From NCBI RefSeq assembly GCF_964355755.1, contig NC_092677.1, forward strand, positions 25,903,175-25,967,174: a stretch of 64,000 nt of DNA, in the 5' to 3' direction. This document shows, one piece after another, positions 1 to 13,426 of the stretch (positions within the stretch are counted from its first letter, which is position 1; each line of letters starts with the position of its first letter). This DNA is from Antedon mediterranea (taxonomy: Eukaryota; Animalia; Echinodermata). The notes beneath the pieces were generated by a model. It did not search any database and was not told the origin of the DNA. It saw only the letters and a list, made by a program, of their open reading frames with translations. The translations under genes and the position numbers were made by a program.

Positions 1-76
1 AGACAAAGCTTTATATAGATCTGTAGGTACATTTGATTGCTAGTTAATAATATTTTTTTTTGTTTTTTTTTTAAAG

Positions 77-1793
77 CTAAAGGAGGGAGTGTTAATGACG
101 CTGCTCTGCAAGAGGTTTCTCAATATGTCGATAGTTTATCAGAACACATCGTCAAACCTTTGCAAACTTCGGCAAATTCAGACCAAGACGGAACAGCGGC
201 AGTGACAGCTAAAAAGGTAGTGATGTGTATTGTAGTAGTAAATCTAAATACAATACAGTTTGTAGTACAGTCAACTCTCCCAATATCAAGACACCTTCGG
301 GCTGACCTAATATGTCTGGTTTTCTGGAAAGTCTGGTATTCGGAATATGTTTTGGGCTTCAAGAAAAGTCTGATATTGGGAGAGTTAACTGTACTGTTTT
401 AAGAACTAAAGTAGAAGTCTACATTTAAATTAAAGCAATGTATTTACTTTTTATGATAAAATAAAACATTTTTTACAGAAAACAAAACAAAAGAAGGCAA
501 AAACAAGTAAAAAGAAATTAAAAACATCACCTCAAACAGAAGAGAATGAGAACATGATGCCTCCACCATCTCAATCGCTGCGTCGATCTACAAGGTAGAG
601 TGCTTTTTTATATCTGTTGTCAATTGGGTTAATAGTGTCTCTTTCCTTTGTAACATAACACTAAAGCTCTATGCAAAAAAAAATGTGATGTGCCCATATA
701 TGGACTGGGATGTCATATCACTACCATATTTGGGCAAATCACAATTGTTATGACTAATTTATTTACGATTCAATTTTTTTTTATAGGAAACAACCAAGTA
801 CATTGATGACACCAGCACAACAGACACAACGTAACCGTGGCTCGTCAAATACGGGTTGGAATACACCTGCAGTGACTCCTAAGTTTGATCCAAGGTAAGA
901 AATCCAGATTAAAATACCTAACCTAATCAATCAAGAATGGGAACTCTATTGACATCTTCAAACAGTTGCTTACTAAAATCCATCTCTTTAACATTGCATT
1001 ATGATATTACACAATTTCTATCTAGTTCGAGCCTGTGGTCGTAGCGCTTTAGAGTTAACTACCGCTAACGTGATTGATTGTATAAGAAAATAAAATGGTA
1101 CTGTTCAATCAATATGCTGTTAGAAGAGTTAGGGGAGGGGGATATCAACATTACTGGTTGATTGAAAAAAATGTACCAACAGTAATTACAGCTATCCAGT
1201 TTCTTAGATGGGCGCTCTGTAGTGTTAGGGTTGAAGAACATACTTACTATGGATATGGTTAATGTAGTAAACTCCTAATTGATCATCATATCCTTGCTCC
1301 CATCCTATAAGGACAATTATTAAATGGAGGGGGAGGTGGGTGATGTAGGCCCTATGGCATGTCCAAGTCCTATGCCAAAAAAAAAAGGATATACTTTAAA
1401 TAAATCAATGTTATTTTTTAAACTATTGTTTTGTTTTGAACAATTTTTAATTCAGATTGCCGGTGACACCTGGAGCGAGGAGAGCCCGTAAAGGTGAAAG
1501 GTTAATGTCAATGACAGGTAGTCCCGTAATACCAGCAGCACCTGCTCCTAGGACAATATCGCAGGATTTGAAAGACAATGTAAGTATTTTGACAGCTTCC
1601 AACAAGTTGGTATAGGTTCGTTCCTATCCTTTTACCGATCACCTTTAAATGTTGTTGATTTTTCTTTTTGCAGATAATCGCTGTCAACAATACAATCCAA
1701 CACATTGACTTAGACGACCAAGTGGCCAGACGCAATATCAAACTGTTACAGGACAGTTTAGCTAAGATACTACATACACTTCCGGTCAAATAA
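77..1793 (+). CDS. CDCA8: Borealin (chromosomal passenger complex subunit), 3' part; 5' exons lie upstream of the window
   Basis: GT-AG exons 77-216, 479-594, 787-894, 1456-1579, 1674-1793 join in frame to give ...TPAVTPKFDPRLPVTPGARRARKGERLMSMTGSPV...VARRNIKLLQDSLAKILHTLPVK*. The (K/R)FDxR...TP...R....GE....S..GSP segment and terminal helix match the Borealin C-terminal region. Confidence 0.8.
268..391. mobile_element. pogo/Tigger-type (Tc1/mariner) MITE in a Borealin intron
   Basis: TIRs CAGTCAACTCTCCCAATATCA / TGATATTGGGAGAGTTAACTG flanked by TA on both sides. Confidence 0.7.
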
Positions 1794-2235
1794 AATATTT
1801 CTGTTCATCGTTATCATTTTTTAATTCTTTTTTTTGTGTAAAAAGTTACAAAACCATATGAACTATTAGGTCTAGCTACCTACATCAAAATAAGTTTCCA
1901 ACTCATATAAAGCTCTGTCTACACTATCAAACTAGTGTGATGTGTCCAAATATGGTGGTGATATGACATTATCATGTCCATATATGGGCACATCACATAA
2001 AGTTTGATAGTGTAGACAAGGCTTTAGACAATTGTTGAAGGAAACAACATGTGGCCTGACATTATACTATACATGATTTTAACATTAATGTTTTCTGATC
2101 AGATCAACTTTGTGAGCATGATAATGTCCTGGCTTCTGATTGGCTAGTGAACATGTTTGCCTTGTATAAGTTGCTGAATAATCGTAATGGACCTTGTATT
2201 ATAGCCTATCATTTTGATAGGAAACTCAAGTTTTA

Positions 2236-2392
2236 AGCTCTGTCTACACTATTAAAATTTATGTGAAAAAAAAATGAGATGTGCCCATATGGACAAGATG
2301 ATGTCATATCACTACTATATTTGGGCATATCACTACCATATGGGCACATCACACTTTTTTTGTCAAACTGGTTTGATAGTGTAGACAGAGCT
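2236..2392. mobile_element. Harbinger-type MITE family A (TIR AGCTCTGTCTACACTATCAAAC); one of about 18 full or partial copies in the window
   Basis: Long terminal inverted repeats, inner GTGATGTGCCC/GGGCACATCAC arms and a 20-bp internal unit. Other copies near 665, 1911, 17040, 17427, 19734, 21820, 23644, 24668, 25504, 26108, 31272, 33288, 41977, 45030, 45420, 47157, 50652. Confidence 0.85.
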
Positions 2393-3260
2393 TAAGATTA
2401 TACTTCCATTAATAAGTGGGTGGGTAATGTGTGTTTATGGCACATAAACTTTGTAAAATATTTTTGAGTCCTTTGAAAGTAGAATTCGTATTAAAATAGT
2501 TTTTATTGTTACATTGTATATATTATTTTATATCTTTAAGTCGTTTTTGTTCTTCAAATAAAAATGAAAACTAAATATTTAATAAAATTGATAAATAATT
2601 CAGCACTATAAGAGAGACAGTTTGTCTGTTAGACAAATGTTTACAAGCATTTACATCCATACAGGTGTCAAAATACTAATTAATTTAACCAGAATTTTAT
2701 TGGGACTGTAGCTTCATTTGAACCGCCCTCTGGGGGTGGGTATTTACACATTTTTGTTCATATGTTTCCAGTGCTATTTACATTTATAATCCTTATTGTC
2801 ACCTTTCGTTCAAATAAATATACCATCTGAAGAATGAGTCTTTGTCCGACTATTTGTGTACAGCACAGTATTTGTATATTGTTACTACAGCAACAAAAAT
2901 ATTGCTAACAGACGACAGTCCTTTTAAAATTAGTTACAGTGGTGGATATAATATTATAGATAGCCAATTTTTGTATTCTTAAAAATATGATTTTGTCTTC
3001 ACCCTGTTTTTGAATTAAAATACTGTAATTGTAAAATGATGATGGTGGGGGGAGGGGAGTTTTTCTGTTTTTTTAAATCAAAACTAGTGAGGGCGTTTTC
3101 TCGCCAGAGGAGGAGAGAGAGAGACTTTGCATGCAGGCGATCCGGCCGATCGTCGCTCAACAACAACAAAACCCCCACCACCGCGGCGCGAGGACAAAAA
3201 AACATTCGAGATTGAAACCCACCAAAAGCAAACAATTATAGAAAAGCAGAAAAAGAAACT

Positions 3261-4669
3261 ATGGCTGAGTATGTTTTTTATGATTCAAATTATCTTAGAA
3301 TCACGTTTTTTAGCCAAGTACAACCTTATAAGTTACTGTTTGTCTTCAATGAAGCTAGGCCTAGACATGCTCTTCTTGCAATAATATTTATATCGCGGGC
3401 AAAATAGTCGGTTACTCGGTATACGAATTCCGAATCATTAAATCTATGTAGGCCTAGTCAGGATTTTTAAGGGACGATAACTCGTTTATTTTAACATATC
3501 AATGACGCAAATTGCTTGCCTTTGAATTGGGCATATCTTTCCTATTTTTTAGATTAAGTGACAGAAAACATCATGATGCTAAAATGAGAGCAACAATTCA
3601 TCAGAAAATGGTAGAAACCGGTGAAAAAGAAAGGTAAACCATTTCACAGATTTACTTTTTAAAATCATTCAACCATGTTAATTTTCACCTAGTAACAACT
3701 ATGTTACTCTAAGAAGTTTCAACTTCATAACATTTTTCACCCAACCATACGTACCATATTATTTTAACTTTGTTTTCCTCCTACCTTCTTTATTAGACAT
3801 GTCACTAACACCCCAGAAATTGTGTGGATTCTACAATTTCAATATTTTAACTTAAATTACTTTCAGGTTAAAAGAACTTTTACGGGCAAAGCTAATAGAA
3901 TGTGGGTGGCGAGACCAACTTAAAGCTTATTGTAAAGGTACATTTTTATAAAATTGTTGAAATACATTTTCTTAAAATAAAAATTGATCTTTATTATAAT
4001 TTATTTATAATTGATTATTATTTTTTTTTATTCAATAAATCGGATAATTTCTGATATAACAATAATGCTAAAAAAAATTTATATTTGCAGAGGTTGTGAG
4101 AACAAAAGGACTAGAACATGTAACAGTGGATGATTTAGTTGCAGAAATTACACCAAAAGGAAGAGGTGAGTTTGAAATCATTTTAAATATGATATTTATT
4201 GAAAATATGAATCTTTCTAAATCTTCCCATACAAGTTTGTTAGTAGTGGAGTTGTGGCTTGGTGGTTATGATGCTTGGCTACCAATCAAAGGGTTAAAGT
4301 CCTGTCAGTGTCAGCATTTTTTCTAATGACAACCCCACTTCCAAAGACTTGTAATAAGTCTTTGTTTATGTAGAGCATCTTGTGCATATATTTGTCTTGT
4401 GTATTGCCACCTTTAAGAAGGATAGTGACTGAATTCGCTTATGGTTATCCTTGGCAATTTGCCTAAATATTGAAACAAAACAAGATGATTCTTCTTAGAA
4501 GGCCGACACCTTTTTTATTTTGTCAAATTAATAAAAGAAACACATTTTAATTTTTACTAATTGTTGATTTTAATTGTTTTTTTTTTGTACAGAACTCGTT
4601 CCAGATGAAGTAAAGAAAGAGTTGCTACAAAGAATAAGAGCGTTTCTTGCGGACCAGGCAACTGTTTGA
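3261..4669 (+). CDS. ENY2: Transcription and mRNA export factor ENY2 (Sus1)
   Basis: Exons 3261-3268, 3553-3633, 3867-3937, 4091-4165, 4593-4669 give [103 protein letters not shown], closely matching known ENY2. Confidence 0.97.
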
Positions 4670-5520
4670 TGAACCAATCAAATGCAAGCGACTGTTTCAT
4701 GAACCAATCAAAGCAATGCTATTCCATCAAAGGAACTTGTAAATATGAAAACAATAATATAGGAGTAATATTTCTCCTTTTTGGGAAATTTGTATATCAG
4801 GAATAGATCACTCTCTGATCTAAATTTAATGTATTATCAAAACATGGAGACTTTGTGTGGATAATTTACACCACACATTAAAGGGTGTCTGTATGCCCAG
4901 ATGACGATATTGTACATGGAAAGATGAAACAAACGTTGTTGTCTCCTTGAAGTTGAGACAACAATGTTGTCTCAGCCTAGAAGTGCTCCATAATAAAAAG
5001 ATGGTGCGATAAGATTGTTTATTCGTTTATTAAATATCAGTTTTTATAATGAAATACAAGTGTACAATAATTTATTTTCCTATTATAAATTCTATTTTTA
5101 AACTAAAATTCTATTATCATCATCAACATACTGGGTTTGGTTTATCCTGTTTAGATGCGTTGTCATGACGTCACTCATCGTTGACCTCGCACCTTAGATG
5201 CTCACATAATATAAATGCCCATAAAATGTTCTAAAGAAACTACTTAAATAAAGTCAAATATTAAGCATCGTGAAAAGAAATATAAGCCTGTGGGCTTGCT
5301 TTCGACGCTTGTATTGTATACTACAAACCAGGAAAACTAACTAACTAACAGGACACTGAGCTCGGCTTGCCACGATAGGAACTTGTAACAACTAACAGTG
5401 TCCTTTGATCTTATGTCTGGCTACGACAAATACCGCAGTACTACCCGGAGCGGTGTTAAATCGCGAAATGATCATGTGGCAGCCACAGATAAACCCTTTG
5501 ATCTCCGGAGGTCAGCATTT

Positions 5521-8239
5521 CTAATCAAGTGCTTCTTTAAGTTCATTAACATAATCTGTGTGCGTTTTATGAACATCTTCCCAGAATTCAACAACCTGCT
5601 CAATCAATTTCAACCATTTGAAAACTTTAGGCCACATCCTAAATGAAAACCCGACCCACTCTGCCTGAATTAACGTGGTCGCTACTACGATGTCCGCCAT
5701 GGTAACTTGCCCGCCACATAAATACACATTGTCTTTTAAATATAGTTTCTCTAACATTTCTAAGTTGGTGATTAGTTGTTCTGTTCCAGACTTTACAAGG
5801 ACTTCAGTTGCTGCTCTTGATGTGAGACTATACTTCTTAAGCGATTGTGGATAAGCACATCTATAGCCTACAATTCTTTTGATAAGAAAAAAACAAGTTA
5901 ATTTAGTTGGAGCCGCAGTCGTCTTAATTAATCTCTGTCATATAGTCATAATTATTGTAATCGTCGCCATACCGTTGTCGTCATCGTCACAATACCGTTG
6001 TCGTCATCGTCACCATACCGTTGTCGTCATCGTCACCATACCGTTGTCGTTATCGTCACCATACCGTTGTCGTCATCGTCACCATACCGTTGTCGTCATC
6101 GTCACCAAACCGATGACGTCATCATCGATGACGTCATCATCGATGACATCGTCACCCTTCAGTAAATTATATCGTTATCATTGTCATCAAACCATGACAA
6201 CCATTTTTGTAACTAGTTTCGTCAATCGTCAACTTTGCCGTTCTCATCGTCGAGCTTTCGAAATAGCGACGCGGGTTACGTCAACGCCAAATCGCGTCGC
6301 CTGTTTCTAAAGCTCTCTTTAGCATCCTCCGACGTCTACATTAGTGAAGTTACCTGTGAAGTTCTGACGATGCCCATGCTATGATGGACTCCACTTGCAT
6401 CCTCTGCGATAACGTTGAACCGTAACTGGCATAGTTAGTGTAACGTGAAGACAGATATCTTAAAATCGCTTGTCTACAAGCAAAATAAATTCGTACAATC
6501 AATATAATGTAATCAATTAAATAAAATGTGGTATAATTATGTAGGATTAAATTTGCCTGATAGCGAGGTTTTTTGAATAGGAGGCCTACTTTGGAAATGA
6601 GGCGAATCGTAATAATTTGTACGCAATTTGTATGCCTACTTACCCCTCAAATACTACGATGTCCCCATCAACGATTGTTGGCACCGATTCGTGAGGATTC
6701 CGTTCGGCTAATTCACGGTTGCCTTGCTTGTAATCAACATCGATGAGGTTGTATGGTATCTTATTCTATATCAAGAAAACATATTTCGTTTGGTTATGAA
6801 TAAGTTACGCTGAGAGTTACCGAAATTACATTCCGGCACGCGATATTTCTTTTCGTACAAAAGTTGGGGACCCCGCATGAAACGTCACAAAATAAACATG
6901 AATATTCATTAGTCATATCATGTGTGACGTAAGAATGAATTAGAACTTTGTGAGAAAACAAACAATCTAATTAATCCTATTGTGTGCTCTATTTAAACAT
7001 TAATTACACCTTGTCTATTCATCCTGCCGCCGTAGGCAGGGGAACGTGTGTACCCAGTTTGGTATGTTTTGTTTTCATTCAATAGTCTTGTTATGTGCCC
7101 TTGTTTTGTTTAAACATGAATCGGCCTTTATTTAAGTACGATTGTTGTATGCCAATTGAACAATAACGTAACCAAGAATGCAACTATCTCTAGAGGCCTA
7201 ACGCTAGAATACAGTATAGGCCCACCGTTGTGAAATGATGAATATAAGACATTGTAGGCCTAAAATTGTGAATATAAATGGGAGAATAACCAGCGACTTG
7301 CAGCCTACTGGGCTGAATTGCGCACAGGTGCTAGAACAAAAAAAAATGCATGCGTTTAAAACGACTGGAATTAATCTGACAAATTAACCTAAAAAGCAAA
7401 GATATGAAGGGGTGTACCCTTTACAGATTACATATTCATAAGGTTAATGAGTGCGCTCTGATAAAAGTCCCATTTTATGTTTTATTATCTTTCTAAATTT
7501 TGTGAGTTAAACGATATCAACCAATTGTTGTTGATCAGTCTTTTTTATCACAGAACACAATCTGGAACTAAACAAAAAAAACTAAATTAAAAAAAAAATT
7601 GTACCTTTAGTAAAATTAGTATTATTTTATTTCAGGACCCCAACGGAAATAAACCAGTGAAATTGGTTTTATTGGACTATCCTGGTCAAAATCAATTTTA
7701 ATACTTTTACATTTTTATGACACTTATTTTATTCTTATTTTACCCTTACTTTTCTGGTTTACCTTTATCACTTTTTAAATGTATTTTTTAGTTTTTTACT
7801 CTTTTAACACTTGTCACACGGATTTTACCTTTTTTACTCTATTATTAATATTATTATTAGCATTTTTATACTTTTCAATTTTGAATTGTAAGCCTATATA
7901 ATAATGTCTTGTATTTTTTTTTTTAATTTTTGATTTTGATTAAATAAATAAATGAATAAAAACCTATGCTTATTCGAAAAACTCGGAGACGACACGTCTA
8001 CTTAAACACCTCAACAACATAGCGAAAAGTGTAACAGTAGTATAGCGTAGGAAAGTGATTGATGTTATTTTACGTACCTGCGCTAAGTAGATCCACACAG
8101 CCCGACAAGGGGGAGATAACCGAACAACATACACATTAATGGGTTCCTGTGGTACACCATTCAGCAAGCAAGAACTCTGTCTTCTGTCCAGAAGTCCACC
8201 GGATGGTACTGTCAACATCGAACTCCGTCGGAAATTCAT
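5521..8239 (-). CDS. Glutathione S-transferase, theta-class-like (~252 aa)
   Basis: Exons 8239-8078, 6765-6644, 6473-6354, 5875-5521 are phase-consistent. Motifs: LSPPCRAVWIY (catalytic Ser), NPHESVPTIVDGDIVVFEGQAILRYL, and C-domain YLCGGQVTMADI. Confidence 0.9.
5965..6155. repeat. 23-bp minisatellite (CATACCGTTGTCGTCATCGTCAC)n in a GST intron
   Basis: About 6 near-perfect units followed by degenerate CGATGACGTCATCAT units. Confidence 0.9.
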
Positions 8240-9121
8240 CGTGTAACTCTGGAAGTATCCTAATTATCTCTGATTATGATAACGAAAATCCTGACTGTCT
8301 ATTTAGAATATAAACACATGTTTGTGTGCAAAGAGTGGTGTGTATAGTAAACGTCAAATTGTCTTTTTAAGATTGAAGACTCGACTGAGACTAAATTCGG
8401 AAAAATTAACAATGTACGTCTTTTACTGCCAAGTATAATAAACCAACCTTTGTCAATAACGGTTCTTGGTTTCGACTATTAAACTTAACATATATGACTT
8501 GCTTATTCACAATACTAAATAAGAACTAAATTCCCCATGGGAACTATAAGACGCCGCTGCACGTTGTGTGTCGGTTGATCTTTTCCTAACAATAACCCAG
8601 ATTACATAGACGAATAATACTCTTTACTGTCTTGTATACTCAGTAGCTGGCGCACTTTAAATAAGTTATATTTAGACAGTAGTATTAAAACGATGCTTTC
8701 AGATTTACAAATATTACGGTTCAACAAAACATGAATGAACTAATAAAACCTTCCATGCGGTAAATGTTGATTGTGTCCACACGTACTACTATTTATATAT
8801 CTAATAAGAATAGTTCAATACCTGTGCGCGCGGTCACCGCTAATTTCAGGAAAACGTCAAACTAATCTTCCTAGTCAGTTTAATAATTTCAATTCCCTTG
8901 TCTGATTTATATAGCTTTAATTAACGCATAATAATAAAGTTGTTCAAACATATTTGATAATTAAATATTATAACTTTCCTATTATTATAGCAATGCAGAC
9001 ATTTTGATTTCTTTATAGCTTTAATTTGCGCACAAAGTTGTTCACATTTTATAATTAAAATATCTTAATTACCTTACTGATAACAATATGTGGTTATGAA
9101 GTAATAATGTAGCTCAGGTTA

Positions 9122-9752
9122 AGCTTGGTTCCCACTAGAACGTAACGCAAGGACGTAAACGCAACGCAAGCGGTTTAACCAATGACAAGGGAAGTTATAG
9201 ACAGTTAGCAATCACAAGCGAATAAGCCATCGCTTGTGATTGGTCAATTCACTTGCGTTGCGTTACGTCTTGCGTTGCGTCGCTAGTGGAAACCACGCTG
9301 TAAAGCTTGGTTCCCACTAGAACGTAACGCAAGGACGTAAACGCAACGCAAGCGTTTTAACCAATGACAAGCGAAGTTATAGACAGTTAGCAATCACAAG
9401 CGAATAAGCCATCGCTTGTGATTGGTCAATTCACTTGCGTTGCGTTACGTCCTTGCGTTGCGTCGCTAGTGGGAACCACGCTTACAGCGTGGTTCCCACT
9501 AGAGACACAACGCTAGGACGTACGCGCAACGCAAGCGAGTTGACCAATCACAAGCCACTGTTTGAATAATCCATCGCATGTGATTGGTCAACTCACTTAC
9601 GTTGCGTTACGTTCTTGCGTTGCGTCTCTTGTGGGAACCAAGCTTTATAATCACAAGCGATGGATTATTCGAACAGTCGCGTGTGATTGATGAACTCGCT
9701 TGCGTTGCGTCTACGTTCTTGAGTTGCGTCGCTAGTACGTGGAAACCACGCT
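9122..9752. mobile_element. Tandem cluster of ~180-bp palindromic Harbinger-type MITEs, family B (TIR AGCTTGGTTCCCACTAG)
   Basis: Three full foldback units (9122-9299, 9304-9482, 9486-9644) plus a half unit; TTA flanks at 9119-21 and 9645-47. Related copies at ~28710-28840, ~41189-41262, ~56880-57088 and 57172/58609-58811. Confidence 0.8.
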
Positions 9753-10583
9753 AATATTGCAATGACAGAGCATCCTCCATTGGCCTCTTTTTTACACCCG
9801 ATCGATGGGGCCGGTCTCAGCCACGGTTAGTTAGACCATCCTCTCCATCACCCCACACCTCCCACTAAACCAGCCTACGGGTCTGTTAACACTTTGCGTG
9901 TGTACCAGCTTGATTATAATTATTATTTTCATAATTGTCAGAACCATGGGCCTATTTAAACACTATTTATTATTGATTTATAATTAACCTATTTATAATA
10001 TTATGATATCTCTCTTGCTGTGCTTACTGAAACGTCACACTTCATGTATTGAATATGTATGTTGACATTCCACGCGTTCTTCTAGGCCTATATAGCGCGT
10101 TATATCATAGATGTTAATCAACCATCAATATCGAACAGTCAGTGATTTTGGAGCATTGAATTCCGTTGATAGTTAGGCCTACACCAGATTAAAATATTGC
10201 ATATTGATTATGTATTGTTTGTATTGAATCGCTCGACAATCAGATCATCGAATTCAAAAACCTTTCTGCTCAGGTTTTTATAAAAAAGGTAAAGGTATTG
10301 ATATTTGTTCTCAAGCTTAACTGGAAACTGAGGAATTGGAATTTAAAAAAATTAAATCATTACGTCACCCGACTGATACTCCGAGGGATAATATATTTAT
10401 TAATCGGCTGAACATCGATTTTTGAAAATCAAGTCATTCGAAGTTATATCAGAAGCGAATCTGTACGAATAATTGATCGATTGAAAATTTATTTTGAATA
10501 TTAGGAAAGATCACCGGAATTGTAGGCCTACGCGCGCGTACGACACCAAGACGAAGACACAGTCTGCAGATTATACCTGTATT

Positions 10584-12033
10584 ATGTATGCTTATTCGGA
10601 TGTCGGTGTTTCTTTCATCCTCCTATTCATATCTGTTATATGTTGCCAGATGCTCCGTAGCGTATCAAGGCTACTCATACCCCCTGAATATCAGCAATAC
10701 AGTTCAGAAGCGATATCAACATTCCAGTTAGTCGTCGGGTTCATGGAAGGGGACATTATTTTGGAACTGTTGGGTCCTTGGGGGTACGCAGTGTTCCTTT
10801 TCTTCCTTGTCATTTCGTTTATTTTAACGTTTGATGGTGCCGCCGATCCAGGTAACACGTTTTTTAATTATTTGATTGGGAACATTGACGGTGGCACTGC
10901 GTTGTGTCGAGTCGTGTTCCAGGTGATCGGTGGCCAATTTGCATATCCATGGGTACGAGCACTTTGGAGGGCCGAGATGTCGACACCTCATGCTAATCAG
11001 GTGCCCTTTATGGACAGTATCTGCCCGTCGTGTTTGCAGGTGCCTTTGATGTATGGGGCAATTGCTGAGCTGTTGGCGACGTTCACTTACTCGTTCGTCT
11101 TGGCACTTGACGTCGTCGGCGGAAAACTAGAACGTTATGTCGACGCGGGAACCCAGGTAGTCATCATAATGATAGGTATGTCAGGCCTATGATAAACAAT
11201 TACTTTCGTTTACCAAAATTAACGAACTATATGAGATTAAATTTTTATTAAAACATTTGTAAACACACATTTTTATAATACAATTTTATTATCACCTTTT
11301 GTAATCGTACCGTGCAGATTTTCTGCTGATCATATTTCCATTTATACAACGCGCATAATTTATTATTAAATACAGTTCGAATATTTTATATATTTAGATA
11401 GCATGCTTTATCGACCCGCAGTAGATCCATTTCATATTATATTATGACATAACATTATAGTAACGACTGCATCGACACGCAGTAGATCCGTTATAAAATA
11501 CATGACATCATAATATGAATATTTGATATATAAATAGTGAGCCCCTCTGAGTGCGATCTTAGCTTGTGTGTTTTCATTTAATCGGAGCATAATTATGACC
11601 ATATTATTATGACTATCAGACTATCTTCTTTTTCTTTACATCCTTACTCAATTTCTCCTTTTCTTTTATACAAATTTATTCATTTTTTATTTAGTTATCC
11701 TCAACAATCACATGTATTAGCTAATTTCATCTTTCCTTTTTATCTTTTTCTTCAGGGTACACATGGACTGGCATGATGTTCAACCCTGCTCTAGCAGCCG
11801 CATTGACATTCAACTGCAAGGACCACCCATTTTACGAACACGTCGCCGTCTACTGGCTAGGACCTTTAGCCGGTGTCTTAATACACAGTGTTCTGATCAA
11901 AAGCGCTATCGAACATGGACACATCGACGACAGTTTTACAATCAAAAAGAAATTATATGAAATGTCGCATAAGATCGTATCTTCCAAATCTATTTATAGT
12001 TGCTCATTGAAAACTGCGAAAAAGGATGATTGA
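10584..12033 (+). CDS. Unorthodox aquaporin (AQP11/AQP12-like)
   Basis: Exons 10584-11175 and 11756-12033 (phase 1). Several hydrophobic helices, EAISTFQL, TFDGAADPG at the first NPA position, C..CLQV...GAIAE, TGMMFNPALAAALTFNC and VYWLGP, all typical of AQP11/12. Confidence 0.9.
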
Positions 12034-13138
12034 TGAAATTATAATGAATTTTAATTATTCGAATATTAATATATGCACAGGTTGCAATAATCTGATATTT
12101 AGTCCATCTTTCGCATTTTGTTAGAAATCTACTATTTTATAAAGATGGGTAGAGAAAATGTCGAAATATAGGGTCAGAGGTTGACGTCTGATCAGTGGCG
12201 TAACTGAGGCCCCTGGTTTAGGCCTCGGACGTTTTTAACCTTTTTCGACATATTTTAATAAATACAAAAAAAAAAAAAATTATATGCATATATAATTTAT
12301 TTCATGGTTATAAGTAGTGATATAATAATTATGAGGTACATGATTTCTTTTTATAGACACACGTATGTACGTATGAGTTCCTATAAAATGTATTTACATA
12401 TTTAAGATAAAACAACAAAAACGAATACATATATATATTAAAACTATTAATAAATAATACTTAGGCAGGGAATAATTTCGCCAGTGTAGCATAGCAAAAA
12501 GCTATACAAAACAACCTTATTGCTACACATTTCGCAAATTGTGTAGCAAAAAATGCAATGCAAAACTATGTTAATAATAATAATAATAAGATTTTTAAAG
12601 CGCACATACCACTCCAGAGTGCTCAAGGCGCATTTAAAAATAAAAAATAAATAAATCATACAAATTCCTGACAAATAAAATGCAATTTCTTTGGAGGGTC
12701 CCCATCCGTTGTCGTTCTGTCGACTCAACAATCAGTTTGATTAGCAATTTTGCTAAACAAAATTTTTAAATGAAATTTTTCCCTGTTAGGTAGACTAAAA
12801 TTTGCCAAATCAACATGTCTATTGCTTCGACAATAAAAACAAATTATCCATCTTCAATTAAGACTAAACTGAAAAGGATCTTAACGACTAGTAAAACGAA
12901 TACAGCTGGCAAAACGAAAATTAACTAAAATTATGATTAATAATAATGATATACAAAAATAACTAATAATTTTATATAACAAGTTGTTGTGTTATGAAGG
13001 GTTAAAGTTTGCTATAAGACTCCATGTTTTCCATTCCATAGCTGCTGTATTAGCATTATTTAAATATAAACACATAGATATTAATAATTATACAAGATAC
13101 GCCTTGTTAGCACTGTTGGCAGAAAGTTAAAATTGGGA

Positions 13139-13426
13139 TGGATACATCATTCTGGGGCGGATGATGCATCATCCAGGGGCGGATGCATCATCCAGGGGAA
13201 GATGCATCATCCAGGGGAGGATGCATCATCCAGGGGCGGATACATCATCCAGGGGCGGATGCATCATCCAGGGGCGGATGCATCATCCAGGGGCGGATAC
13301 ATCGTCCAGGGGCGGATACATCGTCCAGGGGCGGATACATCGTCAAGGGGCGGATACATCGTCTTGGGGCTGATACATCATCCAGGGGTGGATACATCAT
13401 CCAGGGGTGGATACATCATCCAGGGG
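13139..13426. repeat. 20-bp GC-rich minisatellite (GGATGCATCATCCAGGGGCG-like)n
   Basis: About 14 tandem units; explains the three overlapping spurious ORFs at 13133-13482. Confidence 0.95.

Noticed and set aside
5100-5180. Possible SECIS-like ATGA...AAA...GA hairpin in the GST 3' UTR (minus strand)
   Set aside because: Helix II does not pair in register with the GA quartet, and the CDS ends in TAG with no in-frame TGA before it.
5879-6310. 143-aa ORF with a hydrophobic start and His/Val repeats
   Set aside because: Antisense to a GST intron and produced by the 23-bp minisatellite.
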